From: a virus
Lineage: Duplodnaviria; Caudoviricetes
IMG/VR virus record: IMGVR_UViG_3300001528_000378
Location: 64,001-128,000 of that record
Direction: 5' to 3' (one strand)
Length of the DNA: 64,000 bases
The notes under the pieces were generated by a model that worked only from the letters and a program-made list of their open reading frames with translations, made no database searches and was not told where the DNA came from. Both the position numbers and the translations under genes were made by a program. Positions within the stretch are counted from its first letter, which is position 1; every line of letters begins with the position of its first letter. Of this stretch, positions 44,105 through 55,226 are shown in pieces.

Positions 44105-44740
44105 TTAATCATTCCATGGACCAATGATATCCTGCCCACTAACCTCTTTTCGATATCTTGAACCAAACTCATTTACTGTGTAGGTGGAATCCTCACCCTC
44201 AGCAGCTACTAAAAATGGAAAACTACCTCTAGCCTTTTTGATAATCCAAGCCTTTCCGCCATCCCTCGTCTTGTAAAACTTACCTACTTCTAAGTTTAAG
44301 GGTTCAGGCTCAGCAATATAAGGATTATCCTCAGAATACACCACAGCATTTACAGCCCAACTTTTATCAGCCTTGTTAATAGCAATGAGCATTTTCCCAA
44401 CTAATCTATATTCAACTTCGTCTGTTTCAACTCTTTTACCAGTTTGTATAGCCTTGGCGATCTCTTCAGGCGTTTTTAAGTATTTTTTCATTCTTGTTTC
44501 CTCCATAGTACAGGTACAATCTTTTAAGTTAGTTTTAGAGTGTATACCTTGATATAGTGTATACAATGCAAATCCAGATACTAAAAGCAACACTGCTAAT
44601 ACAACACTAATACAAACTTCTATTACTTTATCCCTTTTTAATACCCTTATTAAGGTATATCTACTTAATGTATACCTTATTATATCATAATCCTTTCTTT
44701 TTGTCAACCACTTCTTTAATTCTATTAGAAGCAATATCAA
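44105..44740 (-). CDS. hypothetical protein, paralog of 20941-21315 (start uncertain; conserved part from 44491)
   Basis: MKKYLKTPEE..LNLEVGKFYKTRDGGKA..IIGPW; optional upstream TM segment. Confidence 0.65.
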   Translation of the reverse strand: MILLLIELKKWLTKRKDYDIIRYTLSRYTLIRVLKRDKVIEVCISVVLAVLLLVSGFALYTLYQGIHSKTNLKDCTCTMEETRMKKYLKTPEEIAKAIQTGKRVETDEVEYRLVGKMLIAINKADKSWAVNAVVYSEDNPYIAEPEPLNLEVGKFYKTRDGGKAWIIKKARGSFPFLVAAEGEDSTYTVNEFGSRYRKEVSGQDIIGPWND

Positions 44741-45448
44741 AGTATTGTTTATCTAACTCAATACCGATAAAGTTTCTATTTGTGTTTACACAAGCAATAC
44801 CAGTGGTACCACTACCCATACAGTTATCCAATACAGTATCATTCTCATTGGTGTATGTCTTGATTAAGTATGATAAGCACTCTATACTTTTTCTGTTCTA
44901 TGCTTGGCAATACTTGGGTGCGGTTTACTAAATTTTAAAATACTTGTTGGATATTTATCTGTGCTACCTTTTCTAGAATCATCCATTATATTAAAATGGC
45001 CATAATTCTGATTTTTGGGTTGTTTATCCTTATATCCACTACCCTTACTATGTAATGGTTCACCTACACTAAACTGAGGATTATAGGTAGGTAATTTCTT
45101 ATAAAAAATAGCAATTTGTTCATGCTGTCTTAGTGGCATCCGTTTTGCATTTAAGAACCCAGATGTTAAAACTTTATCCCAAATTAAATCATACCTAAAT
45201 AATTTTCTATTAGAGTTTACTAGGTCTACATAAAATAAACCTTGTGAAAATAGTGCAATACAACCATTATCTTTTATTATCCTGTCATACTGACCCCACA
45301 GTTTATCAAAAGGTATAACTATGTCTAATTTATTATTAGTGAGACCATAGGGTAAATCACATAAGATCATATCTATAGATTTATTTGGTATTTTATTCAT
45401 TATATCTAAGCAGTCACCATTATATAATTCAACTTTACTCATAATCAA
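44685..45448 (-). pseudogene. beta-class DNA methyltransferase interrupted by a -1 frameshift
   Basis: DLPYG..HRTEK then stop; SIECLSYLIKTYTNENDTVLDNCMGSGTTG continues in the -1 frame after an A5 run at 44888-44892. Confidence 0.85.
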
Positions 45449-45968
45449 AATCCCCCATTACAATTTGTTTATCTAGCAAGTTATAGCAGTAATAACTAGA
45501 TGAAAATGTGGTCTTCTTATTTATGGTTCCGTCTGGTTGTATAAAATGCACCCTTTTTTCGAACATAAATAATTGTAAATCCTTATTCTTAAATAATTGT
45601 TTTGGTGCACTATCATTAAGCCAAGTATTTGACATCAACAATGCAAATGGTTTGTTAAATGATAAAGCACGCTCAAATATTTTTCTTTTCCCTGTAAACG
45701 GTGGATTTGAAATTATAATATCAAATTCTGGTTCATATTTATAAAAATCGTATCCGTCGTCTATATGAGAAGAAATAACTTTATATCCAATATTTTCTAA
45801 GTATTGTACAAAATTACTTTCTGACTTGTCAAATGGGCACCATATAATCTGGTCTTTATTAATCAAATTATTTTGTTTTAAGTAATCAATTAGTGGTTTG
45901 ACAGCATACATCGGTGTGTAAAACTCGTCATTTTTACCTTGGCTGTATAAAATATCTTTGCTGTTCAT
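45435..45968 (-). CDS. small adenine methyltransferase
   Basis: DEFYTP, IWCPFD, DFY, IISNPPF. Confidence 0.8.
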   Translation of the reverse strand: MNSKDILYSQGKNDEFYTPMYAVKPLIDYLKQNNLINKDQIIWCPFDKSESNFVQYLENIGYKVISSHIDDGYDFYKYEPEFDIIISNPPFTGKRKIFERALSFNKPFALLMSNTWLNDSAPKQLFKNKDLQLFMFEKRVHFIQPDGTINKKTTFSSSYYCYNLLDKQIVMGDFDYE

Positions 45969-46753
45969 TCTATTCCCTCAATATTATCTTTAAGATATTT
46001 GTATAATCGCATTACAGATATTCTCTTCATTGAAATAGACTTCGTATAACTTCGTATTTTATCAAAAGATAGTAGGTCTAACATTAAGGGTAAAAACGAT
46101 TTCTTATGACAATAAAAGTATACCTCTTGTGCATATTGACCTACATAGTCAGATCTTTTACCTAGGCTACCATTTCCCCAATTACACATAGCATAATCAT
46201 AACCAGGCTGTATTACATACCCGCCACCTCTCCTAAATTCTTTTATAGTTATATCCTTTAGTGTGTAATCTGGCCTATCATTTAATCCATGTTTTGGTCG
46301 TTTATAAATATTAAAGCAACAGTGCAAATCTTTATCAGAGTATGTTCTAATACCCAAATCTTCTGAATATACCAAATCAAATTGATACATTTGTAAATTA
46401 TTATTTAGTTGAGAAATGGGTTGTATAAAAGCAATATAATCACCCAATTCAACGCACTTTCTGTAAAACTTAACAGATAATGAATTATTATTTCCAAAAG
46501 GTGGATTTCCAATAAATAATCTTCCACTCTTATAGGGAATGTTCAAGGATAAAAAATCTTGCTTCATAATACTATCATGCTGTGGTTCTATATCATATGC
46601 CGTGCATTTGACTTGTGTGCTAAATGCTCCATTACCAGCGGAAGGTTCAATAATATCAGTTATATTATTGGTTCCAATTATTTCAATAGTTTTATTGATT
46701 AAATACTTGGCTAAATCTTTTGGCGTATAATATTTATCATTCTTTATTTTCAT
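45965..46753 (-). CDS. N6-adenine DNA methyltransferase (gamma class)
   Basis: DKYYTP, IEPSAGNG, YDIEP, GNPPFG. Confidence 0.88.
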   Translation of the reverse strand: MKIKNDKYYTPKDLAKYLINKTIEIIGTNNITDIIEPSAGNGAFSTQVKCTAYDIEPQHDSIMKQDFLSLNIPYKSGRLFIGNPPFGNNNSLSVKFYRKCVELGDYIAFIQPISQLNNNLQMYQFDLVYSEDLGIRTYSDKDLHCCFNIYKRPKHGLNDRPDYTLKDITIKEFRRGGGYVIQPGYDYAMCNWGNGSLGKRSDYVGQYAQEVYFYCHKKSFLPLMLDLLSFDKIRSYTKSISMKRISVMRLYKYLKDNIEGIE

Positions 46754-46763
46754 TTCATATCCT

Positions 46764-47324
46764 TTACATATAGGGTTCTTGCACCAAATCTAATTTCTCG
46801 AAAATTAATTTTTCTGGTAATAAATTGTGACAAAAATACCCACTTGCAAAGTGATTTCCTGTCTTAATCACACTTAATTCACCACACATATAAAAGCAAA
46901 TCCTACTATCAAAACCCAGATATTCCAACCCATATTTCATAAATAGAGCTGTTCTATACTTAGACTGCAAAGAATTTTGTGGTAATAATATTGCAAATGG
47001 TTTACCTAATTCGTATAATCTGTTTAAAACTTTATCTTTCAAACTAAAAGGTGGATTCGAAATAATTATATCAATATCTTTGATTTCTTCCTTTGTGTAA
47101 GAAAAGAAGTCTTTTGTTTCTTTATGTGAATAAATAACATTGAATCCTTCTCTTTTAAGGACACGTACATATTGAGAATGTTCCTTGTCAAAAGGACATA
47201 GAATATTCTTATATCCTTTTGCTTTAACATACTTAATAATTGGTTCTACTGCATATCTCGGCGTTAATACCTCATCACTAGCAGCATCCGTTCCACAAGT
47301 TAAATAACCTATATTTAATCCCAT
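46764..47324 (-). CDS. small adenine methyltransferase, paralog of 45435-45968
   Basis: DEVLTP, ILCPFD, DFF, IISNPPF. Confidence 0.8.
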   Translation of the reverse strand: MGLNIGYLTCGTDAASDEVLTPRYAVEPIIKYVKAKGYKNILCPFDKEHSQYVRVLKREGFNVIYSHKETKDFFSYTKEEIKDIDIIISNPPFSLKDKVLNRLYELGKPFAILLPQNSLQSKYRTALFMKYGLEYLGFDSRICFYMCGELSVIKTGNHFASGYFCHNLLPEKLIFEKLDLVQEPYM

Positions 47325-47348
47325 TTAATCTCTCCTGTATTTATAAAT

Positions 47349-47396
47349 AGTATACCATAAAATAAAAATCCTGTCAAGTGTTGTTTTGACAGGATT
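47349..47396 (-). promoter_or_regulatory. terminator hairpin overlapping the methyltransferase-cluster promoter
   Basis: AATCCTGTCAA/TTGACAGGATT stem; TTGACA-17-TATACT. Confidence 0.7.
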
Positions 47397-47429
47397 AATT
47401 TTAGCCTTATGCAAATAATTCGGACGAGA

Positions 47430-48677
47430 TTACGCCCCCATACCTTTGGCTTCCCAATTATGGTCAAATCCACTAATATTATCCATTATTACAACCATAT
47501 TTGTAGTTGTTTTCGTTTTTACATAATCAACACCGGATTCCGTCGTAGTAGAATATCCAGATGTTAAAAGTGCTGTATATTTAGTATTTGCAAACGGTTT
47601 TAAAAGTGTAATTGTATATGTAACATTACCAGCAGAAGAAAATACCCCACCCTGTTCCAACCAACCGCTCTTATATTTACGATACCAACTAGGGTCATCT
47701 GCTGTTGGCATTTTGCTTTCTACCACATAATCAATGTTAGCCAACACATTGGACAAATCCGTATTCGCCTTGCCACTTAACGCTCCCGTAAATTCTGCTG
47801 CTTGCGCTGTACTAGCAGGTACCGCAGAGGTAAAAGCGGATATCCAAGGATATAATGTAGTATGCGCAGGAGTTACAGTGTCAGAGGAACCATAGACAGA
47901 GTTACCAAGCGAAGCCTGGGACTCTACATAGGCATAAGCAGTTGCAGCCCCAATACTAGAACCATACATCATTGAGTTCCCATCAGTATTGACAACGGCT
48001 TTTGCATAACTAGGTAGTTTAATCCAAGCAGGTGCATTAGGAGCAGCCGTAGCGCTATATGCTTTAACATCTGGCAACCCAGCACCCTTTTGCGTAATAC
48101 CATCAGCACCAGCCATTTTGATATAGTTGGCTAACTTCGGCAAGCGGAGGGAGGTGCCAGCGATTGTAACTAGGCCAGTTCCAGTGGTAGTTGTACTGTA
48201 CGTACCTGTCCACTCTTTTGTTGGTCCTGAAAAAGTTAGCGTATCATTAGACAAACTTATAACTGTATAATTACTTGCTTGCGTTGTATCTGTTGAACTC
48301 CAAACAGGGGCGCCAGCAACAGGTGTTCTTGTTTTTGTGTAAAAAGTTGAAGCACTTGCTAACCAACCATATACCGTTATTGTTCCAGTTGTCGTTCCAC
48401 TATTTTCATCAACCACATACTTCGGGCACTCACCGTAGGTAGCAATAGCATTATCATATTGTGTCTTGGTTACTTGCAGTTCGCTGTGTGCTTTTACAAA
48501 GTTATACAAGTCGGGGAATAAAGTCTTACCGTTCTCGTAATACTCACCAGTCCAACCAGGCAAAGCACCTGGGTTATCACTAGCCAAGCCGCTCTGCGAA
48601 AAATATACTTCGCCGATACATCTTTTAGTACCGCCAAAGCCTGCTACAATATTAGTTTTTCCTTTAATGATAGACAT
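47430..48677 (-). CDS. tail fibre / receptor-binding protein
   Basis: Collar-like PGWTG..LRLP..AGLPD; C-terminal WYRKYKSGWLEQGG..LLKPF..WEAKG. Confidence 0.85.
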   Translation of the reverse strand: MSIIKGKTNIVAGFGGTKRCIGEVYFSQSGLASDNPGALPGWTGEYYENGKTLFPDLYNFVKAHSELQVTKTQYDNAIATYGECPKYVVDENSGTTTGTITVYGWLASASTFYTKTRTPVAGAPVWSSTDTTQASNYTVISLSNDTLTFSGPTKEWTGTYSTTTTGTGLVTIAGTSLRLPKLANYIKMAGADGITQKGAGLPDVKAYSATAAPNAPAWIKLPSYAKAVVNTDGNSMMYGSSIGAATAYAYVESQASLGNSVYGSSDTVTPAHTTLYPWISAFTSAVPASTAQAAEFTGALSGKANTDLSNVLANIDYVVESKMPTADDPSWYRKYKSGWLEQGGVFSSAGNVTYTITLLKPFANTKYTALLTSGYSTTTESGVDYVKTKTTTNMVVIMDNISGFDHNWEAKGMGA

Positions 48678-48680
48678 AGT

Positions 48681-49466
48681 TTAGTTAGCTCCCAACATTG
48701 GATAAAAGTACAAAAACCCCTGTGAAAAAATGTAGTAGTCAATAACATCTCCTGCTTTAACTGGATGGAATAGGTAAGATGTAACATAGTGTACATATCC
48801 GTTCCAATTAGCCACTTCACTAATTCTATTTCCATTTACCCAAACAACAGCACCTTTACCAGGAGTATCGACACTGGCTACAACATCCGTTGTATTTGTT
48901 CTTTCAAAAAAAGTATAACTTATCCACCCATCATTAGGAGCTATATATTGTTTTTTTACGTTAACCGTACTATCCAAAGTTATAGCAGCATTATAATCAG
49001 GGAAGCGAAGAGCATAATTTGTAAGGCTGTTTTTTAGCTTGGTTTTACCTGTATCACTCAAATTTGTTAAGTTATTTGAATTATTTTCCACCACAGCCAA
49101 GTCCGCTTTCGTTGCAACTGTATCGCCACTCACATCATCAGTAATTAAACTAACACTGTCATCAGTAATAGTTCCAGCAGTAACAGCAGCGTCAAATTCT
49201 GCTTTGGCGCCTTCAAAGTCAAAACCAGAACTGGAAGACTTAATTGTACCATCAGAAGAAACAGAAATAGTTTTACCATCTGGTTTAACTATACCAGCCT
49301 TATTAGTGGTTGCTATTGCTACCTCGTCTACTCCACTACTAGAAATCAAGTTTTTTAGTGATATACTTAATGCTTCCTCCCCACCTGTATCGATAGCCAA
49401 TTTTGAAGAAGTATCCACTTTTGAAACTTCGGTTAATTCATTTATTCTTTTTCCTTCCAATGCCAT
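48681..49466 (-). CDS. tail fibre-associated protein
   Basis: KRINEL, ATTNKAGIVKPDG, FPDY..APNDGW..PVKAGD. Confidence 0.75.
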   Translation of the reverse strand: MALEGKRINELTEVSKVDTSSKLAIDTGGEEALSISLKNLISSSGVDEVAIATTNKAGIVKPDGKTISVSSDGTIKSSSSGFDFEGAKAEFDAAVTAGTITDDSVSLITDDVSGDTVATKADLAVVENNSNNLTNLSDTGKTKLKNSLTNYALRFPDYNAAITLDSTVNVKKQYIAPNDGWISYTFFERTNTTDVVASVDTPGKGAVVWVNGNRISEVANWNGYVHYVTSYLFHPVKAGDVIDYYIFSQGFLYFYPMLGAN

Positions 49467-49528
49467 AGAATCTCCATGCTAATTCTGGCAGGGGATACGC
49501 CCCACTTTAGCCAGAACCGCAGTATTTT

Positions 49529-49630
49529 TTATTTAATCAAACCTTTACTTTTCAACACTATCTCATTGGCTCTAACCAATTCGCTGAAAAAATAATTGGC
49601 TTTCTTAAACATATTCGTCATCTTTTTCAT
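49529..49630 (-). CDS. 33-aa small protein (not in ORF track)
   Basis: MKKMTNMFKKANYFFSELVRANEIVLKSKGLIK; AGGAG RBS. Confidence 0.55.
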   Translation of the reverse strand: MKKMTNMFKKANYFFSELVRANEIVLKSKGLIK

Positions 49631-49670
49631 TTCTATCTCCTAAAACGAAAGGTAGATGACATACCTAAAA

Positions 49671-49904
49671 CTATTTTTTAATATCAAAAGCAAGTTTAAT
49701 CATTGTTGCTACATTTAATACAACAGTTAAGATAGCACCTAGGGGTAAACTATATTTTACCAATAAACCTACTGTTAAACAAGAAAAACAAAATAGCAAT
49801 ACTTTGTTTACAGTATTAAATAATGTGAAAAACTTTTTAATACCAATACCTAAATACTTAAAAATAACTTTTAATACTTCTAATACTTTGTTATACCATT
49901 TCAT
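49671..49904 (-). CDS. small membrane protein (holin-like)
   Basis: Amphipathic N-terminus plus two hydrophobic helices. Confidence 0.5.
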   Translation of the reverse strand: MKWYNKVLEVLKVIFKYLGIGIKKFFTLFNTVNKVLLFCFSCLTVGLLVKYSLPLGAILTVVLNVATMIKLAFDIKK

Positions 49905-49907
49905 AAA

Positions 49908-50642
49908 TTATTCCCACCTACAATTAAATGTATTGCACCACAAGTGTGCTTCCTTATATGTATTTTCTATTACTTCTCTACTAAAAAATCTTACACCCTC
50001 TTTCCTACTAACAATTCTTACATTGTGAAAGAAATCATCAATCACGGCTTTCATCCCGTGGTTAAAATAAAGGTCTACTTGTTTATCCCTGTTATGGAAT
50101 ATATCTTTGTATGTTGGATTTCCATGTAGAATATGAAACACCGCCGGAGCATTATTCTGCATTTCATCCAGTCTTACTTTTCCTTTAAGATTTGCTCTTA
50201 AATAAATCTCTTGTAGTGTGCTCTTATTTACAATATGATGCACACCATTATAAGTCTGTGTCTTATTGATATTTTTCCAAATATGCAAGAAGTTTTTATC
50301 AATGAGTTTATTACGAGACATCCTACTTATAATTTTTAAGTAATTATAGCCACCATAAAGTCTTTCTGGGTAAGTAAGAGGTGCAGTAGCAAACTGATAA
50401 GTAATTCTTATTTCTGGAACACAAACCTTTTTATTTAGATAAGTGTAAGAAGGATTTGTAAGAACTTTTCCACTTTGTATTACTGTTTTTGCTAAATTAA
50501 CGTTTGTTGCTTGTGTAGTAATGGAGCGACATATAATACTCGGCTTAAAAGAATTTTTTGCTGCTCTTACTACATTATATGCACTTTGTGCTAATACATC
50601 TAATGGGAGTAACAACAATAAACCAAGTATTATATGTTTCAT
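49908..50642 (-). CDS. secreted hypothetical protein
   Basis: Signal peptide MKHIILGLLLLLPLDVLA; GVHH..HILH motifs. Confidence 0.7.
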   Translation of the reverse strand: MKHIILGLLLLLPLDVLAQSAYNVVRAAKNSFKPSIICRSITTQATNVNLAKTVIQSGKVLTNPSYTYLNKKVCVPEIRITYQFATAPLTYPERLYGGYNYLKIISRMSRNKLIDKNFLHIWKNINKTQTYNGVHHIVNKSTLQEIYLRANLKGKVRLDEMQNNAPAVFHILHGNPTYKDIFHNRDKQVDLYFNHGMKAVIDDFFHNVRIVSRKEGVRFFSREVIENTYKEAHLWCNTFNCRWE

Positions 50643-50667
50643 AGAAATCTCCTAGAATAATATGTTT

Positions 50668-51354
50668 TTATGCTATAAAACTAATATTAGCATTTTCAAC
50701 CCAAGTCATATTCCATGTTTCAATAGACATATCTATTTTTCCTAAATAAATATTGGTATCTAACTCATTACCTGTAAGACTCCCTGTTTGTATAAGTGTT
50801 GGCGTGGCTGTATCTACATTTATATATAAAGAGCTAACGTCAAAAACACTTAATGCTGTGGTGTCCATTACTTTTACAGAACGCTTTGCTCCATCAAGTT
50901 CAGTATATACACCAGCAGGAATGGTTAATATTTCTTTTTCTTCGGTGTATACTACTGGGTTATTCCCAGTAGTTGGGGTTTCTCCACCAGAATCGCCAGA
51001 TTCCCCCGAAGATTTGCTTGTATATTTAATATATTTATTAGGCGTCCAAGTATATGTTCCTGTATCACTATCAATTGTGACTGTTCCCACAAGTATCATT
51101 GTTTTTTCTTCTTCGCCAGTAAGATCTATTTTTGCAATGTAGGAAACAACGCCTGTATCTGTTGAAATATAGCAACTTCCAGCAAAACCAGCATTTTTAG
51201 TAAATTCGCTATCTACGGTTACAGTACGCTTTAAGTTGGTAGTTTCTTCATATGTGCCTGCGGGCACAACTAACTGCTGAGTAGATGTATCAAATGTAGC
51301 AGGGTTATTACCCTGATCACCTGTTTCTTCTCCACCAGAATCGCCACCAGAAGA
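50668..51354 (-). CDS. two-repeat beta-rich domain, in frame behind the amber stop of 51355-52137
   Basis: Open from 51354; two SGG..GNNP..PAG.Y.E repeats; no RBS at GTG 51267. Confidence 0.75.
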   Translation of the reverse strand, partial: SSGGDSGGEETGDQGNNPATFDTSTQQLVVPAGTYEETTNLKRTVTVDSEFTKNAGFAGSCYISTDTGVVSYIAKIDLTGEEEKTMILVGTVTIDSDTGTYTWTPNKYIKYTSKSSGESGDSGGETPTTGNNPVVYTEEKEILTIPAGVYTELDGAKRSVKVMDTTALSVFDVSSLYINVDTATPTLIQTGSLTGNELDTNIYLGKIDMSIETWNMTWVENANISFIA

Positions 51355-52137
51355 CTAACCACTAAATGTGAATGCTTCTGTTGGTACTGTATAGGTTAAA
51401 TTAGTAGTATCAAAATCCTTTAATGTATTTAATTTACTAATTCTAAATTCATCAACTGCACATGGATAACGTGAAGTAGAGTCACTCTGATTTAATCCTA
51501 TGTAAAACTTATTGTTCCAACTTGGTAAGTTTGTTACTTGTAATAGGGTACCATTTAAGCCAGCAAACATTGTGCCATCTGCTAGCTTTACTAAAGCAAG
51601 GTGAACCCATTCAGCAGATCCAGAGGTAGTCGAATATAGTGTACTACTCGTTACAGCATCTGCATTATTGGCTGTTCTAATACTAGCTGTACCCTTAGTA
51701 TAAGAATACCAAATAGCAAAACCATTATAGACGGCTGAGTCATTTTTGGTCATATTGCTGAATGTTGAGTTATACTTCGTTGCATTACCCTTAATCCAAC
51801 ATTCTGCTGTCCATATACTGGGTTCTGTTTCTGGTAATGTAATAGTGACGTCAGTATAACCCTTATTACCACTAGCCAAACTACCTGTACCAAATTTAAA
51901 ATCTGCTGTATCTATTGTAGCACTTGTATCCGCAACCACACTTACACCTGCTGCTAAATCAGCGGCTGCCACGTTTGTGCTATCATCAAAATGCATCAAC
52001 ACCAAAGTATCAGATGTAGATGGTTCAGGTGTAGGAGTAACAGAAGCAGAATAGACCTCCGTGGTCCCCAAATAAATTTTTGTTACTTCTTCACTTCCAA
52101 AATAAATTTTAGATACATCACTTGTTCCAATTTTCAT
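51355..52137 (-). CDS. LamG/concanavalin-like virion protein
   Basis: KIYFGS..KIYLGTTEVY, LMHFD, WTAECW, WVHLALV, DEFRIS. Confidence 0.85.
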   Translation of the reverse strand: MKIGTSDVSKIYFGSEEVTKIYLGTTEVYSASVTPTPEPSTSDTLVLMHFDDSTNVAAADLAAGVSVVADTSATIDTADFKFGTGSLASGNKGYTDVTITLPETEPSIWTAECWIKGNATKYNSTFSNMTKNDSAVYNGFAIWYSYTKGTASIRTANNADAVTSSTLYSTTSGSAEWVHLALVKLADGTMFAGLNGTLLQVTNLPSWNNKFYIGLNQSDSTSRYPCAVDEFRISKLNTLKDFDTTNLTYTVPTEAFTFSG

Positions 52138-52139
52138 AA

Positions 52140-54428
52140 TTAACCCACAATGTAGTAAAGTGTATTATCATCCTTTGTTTCCAAACTATCATATTCTGAT
52201 TGTGTAAGTTTTTTAATCTTAGTAATTTCTTCGGATACCACTACATTTGATATATTTGAATTTGCATCCTTATGCAACAAACTAGAAGCGTCTAATCTTA
52301 ATACTGCACTTTCACTTCCGATTGCAAAGGAAGAGTTGCCAAGGTTTTGGATCATTGGCCAAGAATCAACAGTTAAGGCCGTTTTACTTGTTCCTGCATT
52401 AATAGCCACTTCGTTTTTAAAAGTTTTTTTACCAGAAATAGTTTGGTCAGAATCAGGTGTGATAGCATATCCACCAATATTTCCAGAATCGATGTTTTCT
52501 AACTCAACACCATTTTTATTAATCTTTAAAGAATCATAAGTTTGTATAGTAACAGGATCACTACTTGAACCTAATAAGATTTTGGAGCCATCATACTTAA
52601 CAATTGTAGAACCATTTGCTACAGTGAGTGCTTTATTAATTGGGAGATCAATTCCACCTGCAAAATGTTTATTTCCAGTAATGGTTTGCTCTGTATCTGT
52701 GGTAACCATGTTGTCAGGTGTAGAACTTCCACCAGAACCAGCTTCACCCTTCAAACCAGTAAAGGCAAAATCAAACGTACGAGCAGACGCAGTACCACCT
52801 AATGTTACTGTTACATTTGGCGTACCTGTTGTGGCATCTACCGTAGCAGTAGCAGAAGTAATAGTAGCATTTGTGCCATTAGTACCATTTGTTCCGTCTT
52901 TTCCTGCAGGACCCTGCTCACCAGTAGCTCCTGTGGCGCCTTTCTCACCAGCAGGTCCTTGAGGACCAGTAGCCCCAGTATCACCTTTATCACCCTTATC
53001 GCCTTTAGGGCCTTTAAGTGCAGCTAATTGTTCTTCTGTAAAATCGGCATATGTAAATGCATCACCTTTTGGACCTTGAGGACCAACTGCACCTGCAGCA
53101 CCTTTTTCTCCGGTTGCACCTGTTTCACCCTTGGGACCTTGTGCTCCTGTTGCTCCTTGTGGAATTGTAAAATCAAGAACCAAAGCAGACTCAGTACCAG
53201 AGTTTGTAACAACAGCTTGAGTACCAGCAGCACCAGTAGTTGTTTTTCCAACTGTTACAGATACAGTAGAGCCACTACCGCCTTCACCTTCTACTAAAAA
53301 TTTCTTACCATCTTTATTTACTACTTTTGCACCATGAATAACAGTAGTAAACTCTGTTTCTGATACACCATCTGTTGCCAAATGGATACCTTCACCATAT
53401 TTACCAGCAGAATCTGCTTCTTTATAGGAAATTAAGTTAATTCCGTCAACAGCGTCTTTACTGTACTTTGTAACACCTCGAATAGCACATTCAGTTTTTA
53501 ATTCCAAATCGCCTACTTTAATGCCTTTTGAAGCAGCAACATATGAATAAGCCTGAATGCCACCAGTAAATCTCTTTACACCAGTAATTGTTTCAAAATC
53601 GTCCAAATGTACAACTTTGGAATTATCTGCTTTTGTAGCCAAACCGCTTGTTACTGCTTCTGTAGTGACATAATCACCCGCGGGTTGTTTAGCGTTCCAA
53701 GAGGAAATATTATCCTGAGTAATAGATTTTACATGTGCAGGTACTGTAGGATCAGTTTCTGTATAGGATTGTAGAGCAGTTGCACCTTTTGCAGCACCAG
53801 AACGGATAGTTTCTAAATCATCAATTTTATCCTGTTTATCTGCTAAGGATGCTTCAACGGCTGATTTATCTGCTTTATTGGTCTGAATATTAGTAACTGT
53901 TGTATTTAACTCATTAAGTGAAGTACCCTGAGCATCTATTGTATTGGTAATAGTTGCTACATCATCTTTTACTTGTTCTACTTCTGCCTTAGTAGCATAG
54001 TTATCTGGTACTTTTGTTAAGAAACCTGAATCATTTTCCAAATCAGATGTTTTAGTAGGAAGTTCAGATTTTAAAGCGTAGTCACCCTTATCTTGCTTAC
54101 CTGTTACTGTAGTATTAATACCCTCTACTTCTTTATTAATATCTACTATATCTGCTTTAATACCAGTAATATCGTTTGAGTTTGCTTCAACTCTAGTATC
54201 TGTTTCATTAAGAGAAGTTTTATCTGCCTTTAAATCAAGTGCTTCTTGTGTTGCTGTACTAATAGGTTTATCAACATCAGAAGTATTATCTACATTACCC
54301 AAACCAATATCTTCTAGTGTAGTATTATCCACCAGTTCATGTTCATTTAAAGTAGGTTTATCTAATAAATCTTTATAATATTTTAAAGGTGTTACCCTTA
54401 CATCTACATTGACATTTTTATAAGCCAT
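52140..54428 (-). CDS. collagen-repeat tail fibre protein
   Basis: [10 protein letters not shown], long Gly-X-Y tract, C-terminal [22 protein letters not shown]. Confidence 0.85.
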   Translation of the reverse strand: MAYKNVNVDVRVTPLKYYKDLLDKPTLNEHELVDNTTLEDIGLGNVDNTSDVDKPISTATQEALDLKADKTSLNETDTRVEANSNDITGIKADIVDINKEVEGINTTVTGKQDKGDYALKSELPTKTSDLENDSGFLTKVPDNYATKAEVEQVKDDVATITNTIDAQGTSLNELNTTVTNIQTNKADKSAVEASLADKQDKIDDLETIRSGAAKGATALQSYTETDPTVPAHVKSITQDNISSWNAKQPAGDYVTTEAVTSGLATKADNSKVVHLDDFETITGVKRFTGGIQAYSYVAASKGIKVGDLELKTECAIRGVTKYSKDAVDGINLISYKEADSAGKYGEGIHLATDGVSETEFTTVIHGAKVVNKDGKKFLVEGEGGSGSTVSVTVGKTTTGAAGTQAVVTNSGTESALVLDFTIPQGATGAQGPKGETGATGEKGAAGAVGPQGPKGDAFTYADFTEEQLAALKGPKGDKGDKGDTGATGPQGPAGEKGATGATGEQGPAGKDGTNGTNGTNATITSATATVDATTGTPNVTVTLGGTASARTFDFAFTGLKGEAGSGGSSTPDNMVTTDTEQTITGNKHFAGGIDLPINKALTVANGSTIVKYDGSKILLGSSSDPVTIQTYDSLKINKNGVELENIDSGNIGGYAITPDSDQTISGKKTFKNEVAINAGTSKTALTVDSWPMIQNLGNSSFAIGSESAVLRLDASSLLHKDANSNISNVVVSEEITKIKKLTQSEYDSLETKDDNTLYYIVG

Positions 54429-54430
54429 AT

Positions 54431-54973
54431 TTACTCCACAATAAAATTACTATTTGCATAAATTTCTTTATCACCAGTTTGTGAATAAAACCTTATTTGA
54501 TAATAGTATACCCCTGATGTTTGTGTCACAGTTTCTGGAATATAAAATGTAGCCTCATTACCAGAAAAACCATTCTCTGGATATGGGTCAGTTTCTAATG
54601 GTGTATTAATTTTTATTTCATTATACATTGCATCATCATCTGTAGAATCTGGTTTTGGTAAAATAATAAACTGTACACTACACCCTGTTAAATCCAGAGC
54701 TTCACCTTGTCTATTAGTAAAACTAATATTTATTTTTAGGGGATTATTACTTGATACTACTATAGCCTCTTCTGTATCACCAATATATTCTGTATCTACA
54801 TGGGAAGTTCCTTGTGCATAGCCACAAATTTCCATAACTATAAATGTATTATCAGGAAATAACTCAGACCGTCTAGTAGCTTCTTTTACAGCATCATTAT
54901 ATTCTGTAAATCGCTCATTTAAGTTATTTGGCATATTTGCCACAAATATAGACCAAAACTTTTTCATTAGCAA
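54431..54973 (-). CDS. BppU-like baseplate/fibre adaptor
   Basis: [22 protein letters not shown]. Confidence 0.55.
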   Translation of the reverse strand: MLMKKFWSIFVANMPNNLNERFTEYNDAVKEATRRSELFPDNTFIVMEICGYAQGTSHVDTEYIGDTEEAIVVSSNNPLKINISFTNRQGEALDLTGCSVQFIILPKPDSTDDDAMYNEIKINTPLETDPYPENGFSGNEATFYIPETVTQTSGVYYYQIRFYSQTGDKEIYANSNFIVE

Positions 54974-55209
54974 TTATCCTCACCTGGTACACTATCCACT
55001 TCAGATGGACAGCAAATACATTTTTGATTCAATATTTCTACTATTTCGTCTAAGTCACTATTTGTTAATTTTTCTGAAATAGATAGTTTTTCAGGACAAC
55101 AGTCACCATACTTAAAAATTTTTATAGTATCATCCTCACACAACAAATAATTTATATCTGTGCGCTTTACAATATTAGACGATACTATGGTGTATGTATT
55201 AGATAGCAT
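54967..55209 (-). CDS. hypothetical protein
   Basis: IFKYGDCCP similar to LFRKGDCHP in 58150-58683. Confidence 0.6.
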   Translation of the reverse strand: MLSNTYTIVSSNIVKRTDINYLLCEDDTIKIFKYGDCCPEKLSISEKLTNSDLDEIVEILNQKCICCPSEVDSVPGEDNC

Positions 55210-55226
55210 ATGTTATTATATAGCCC

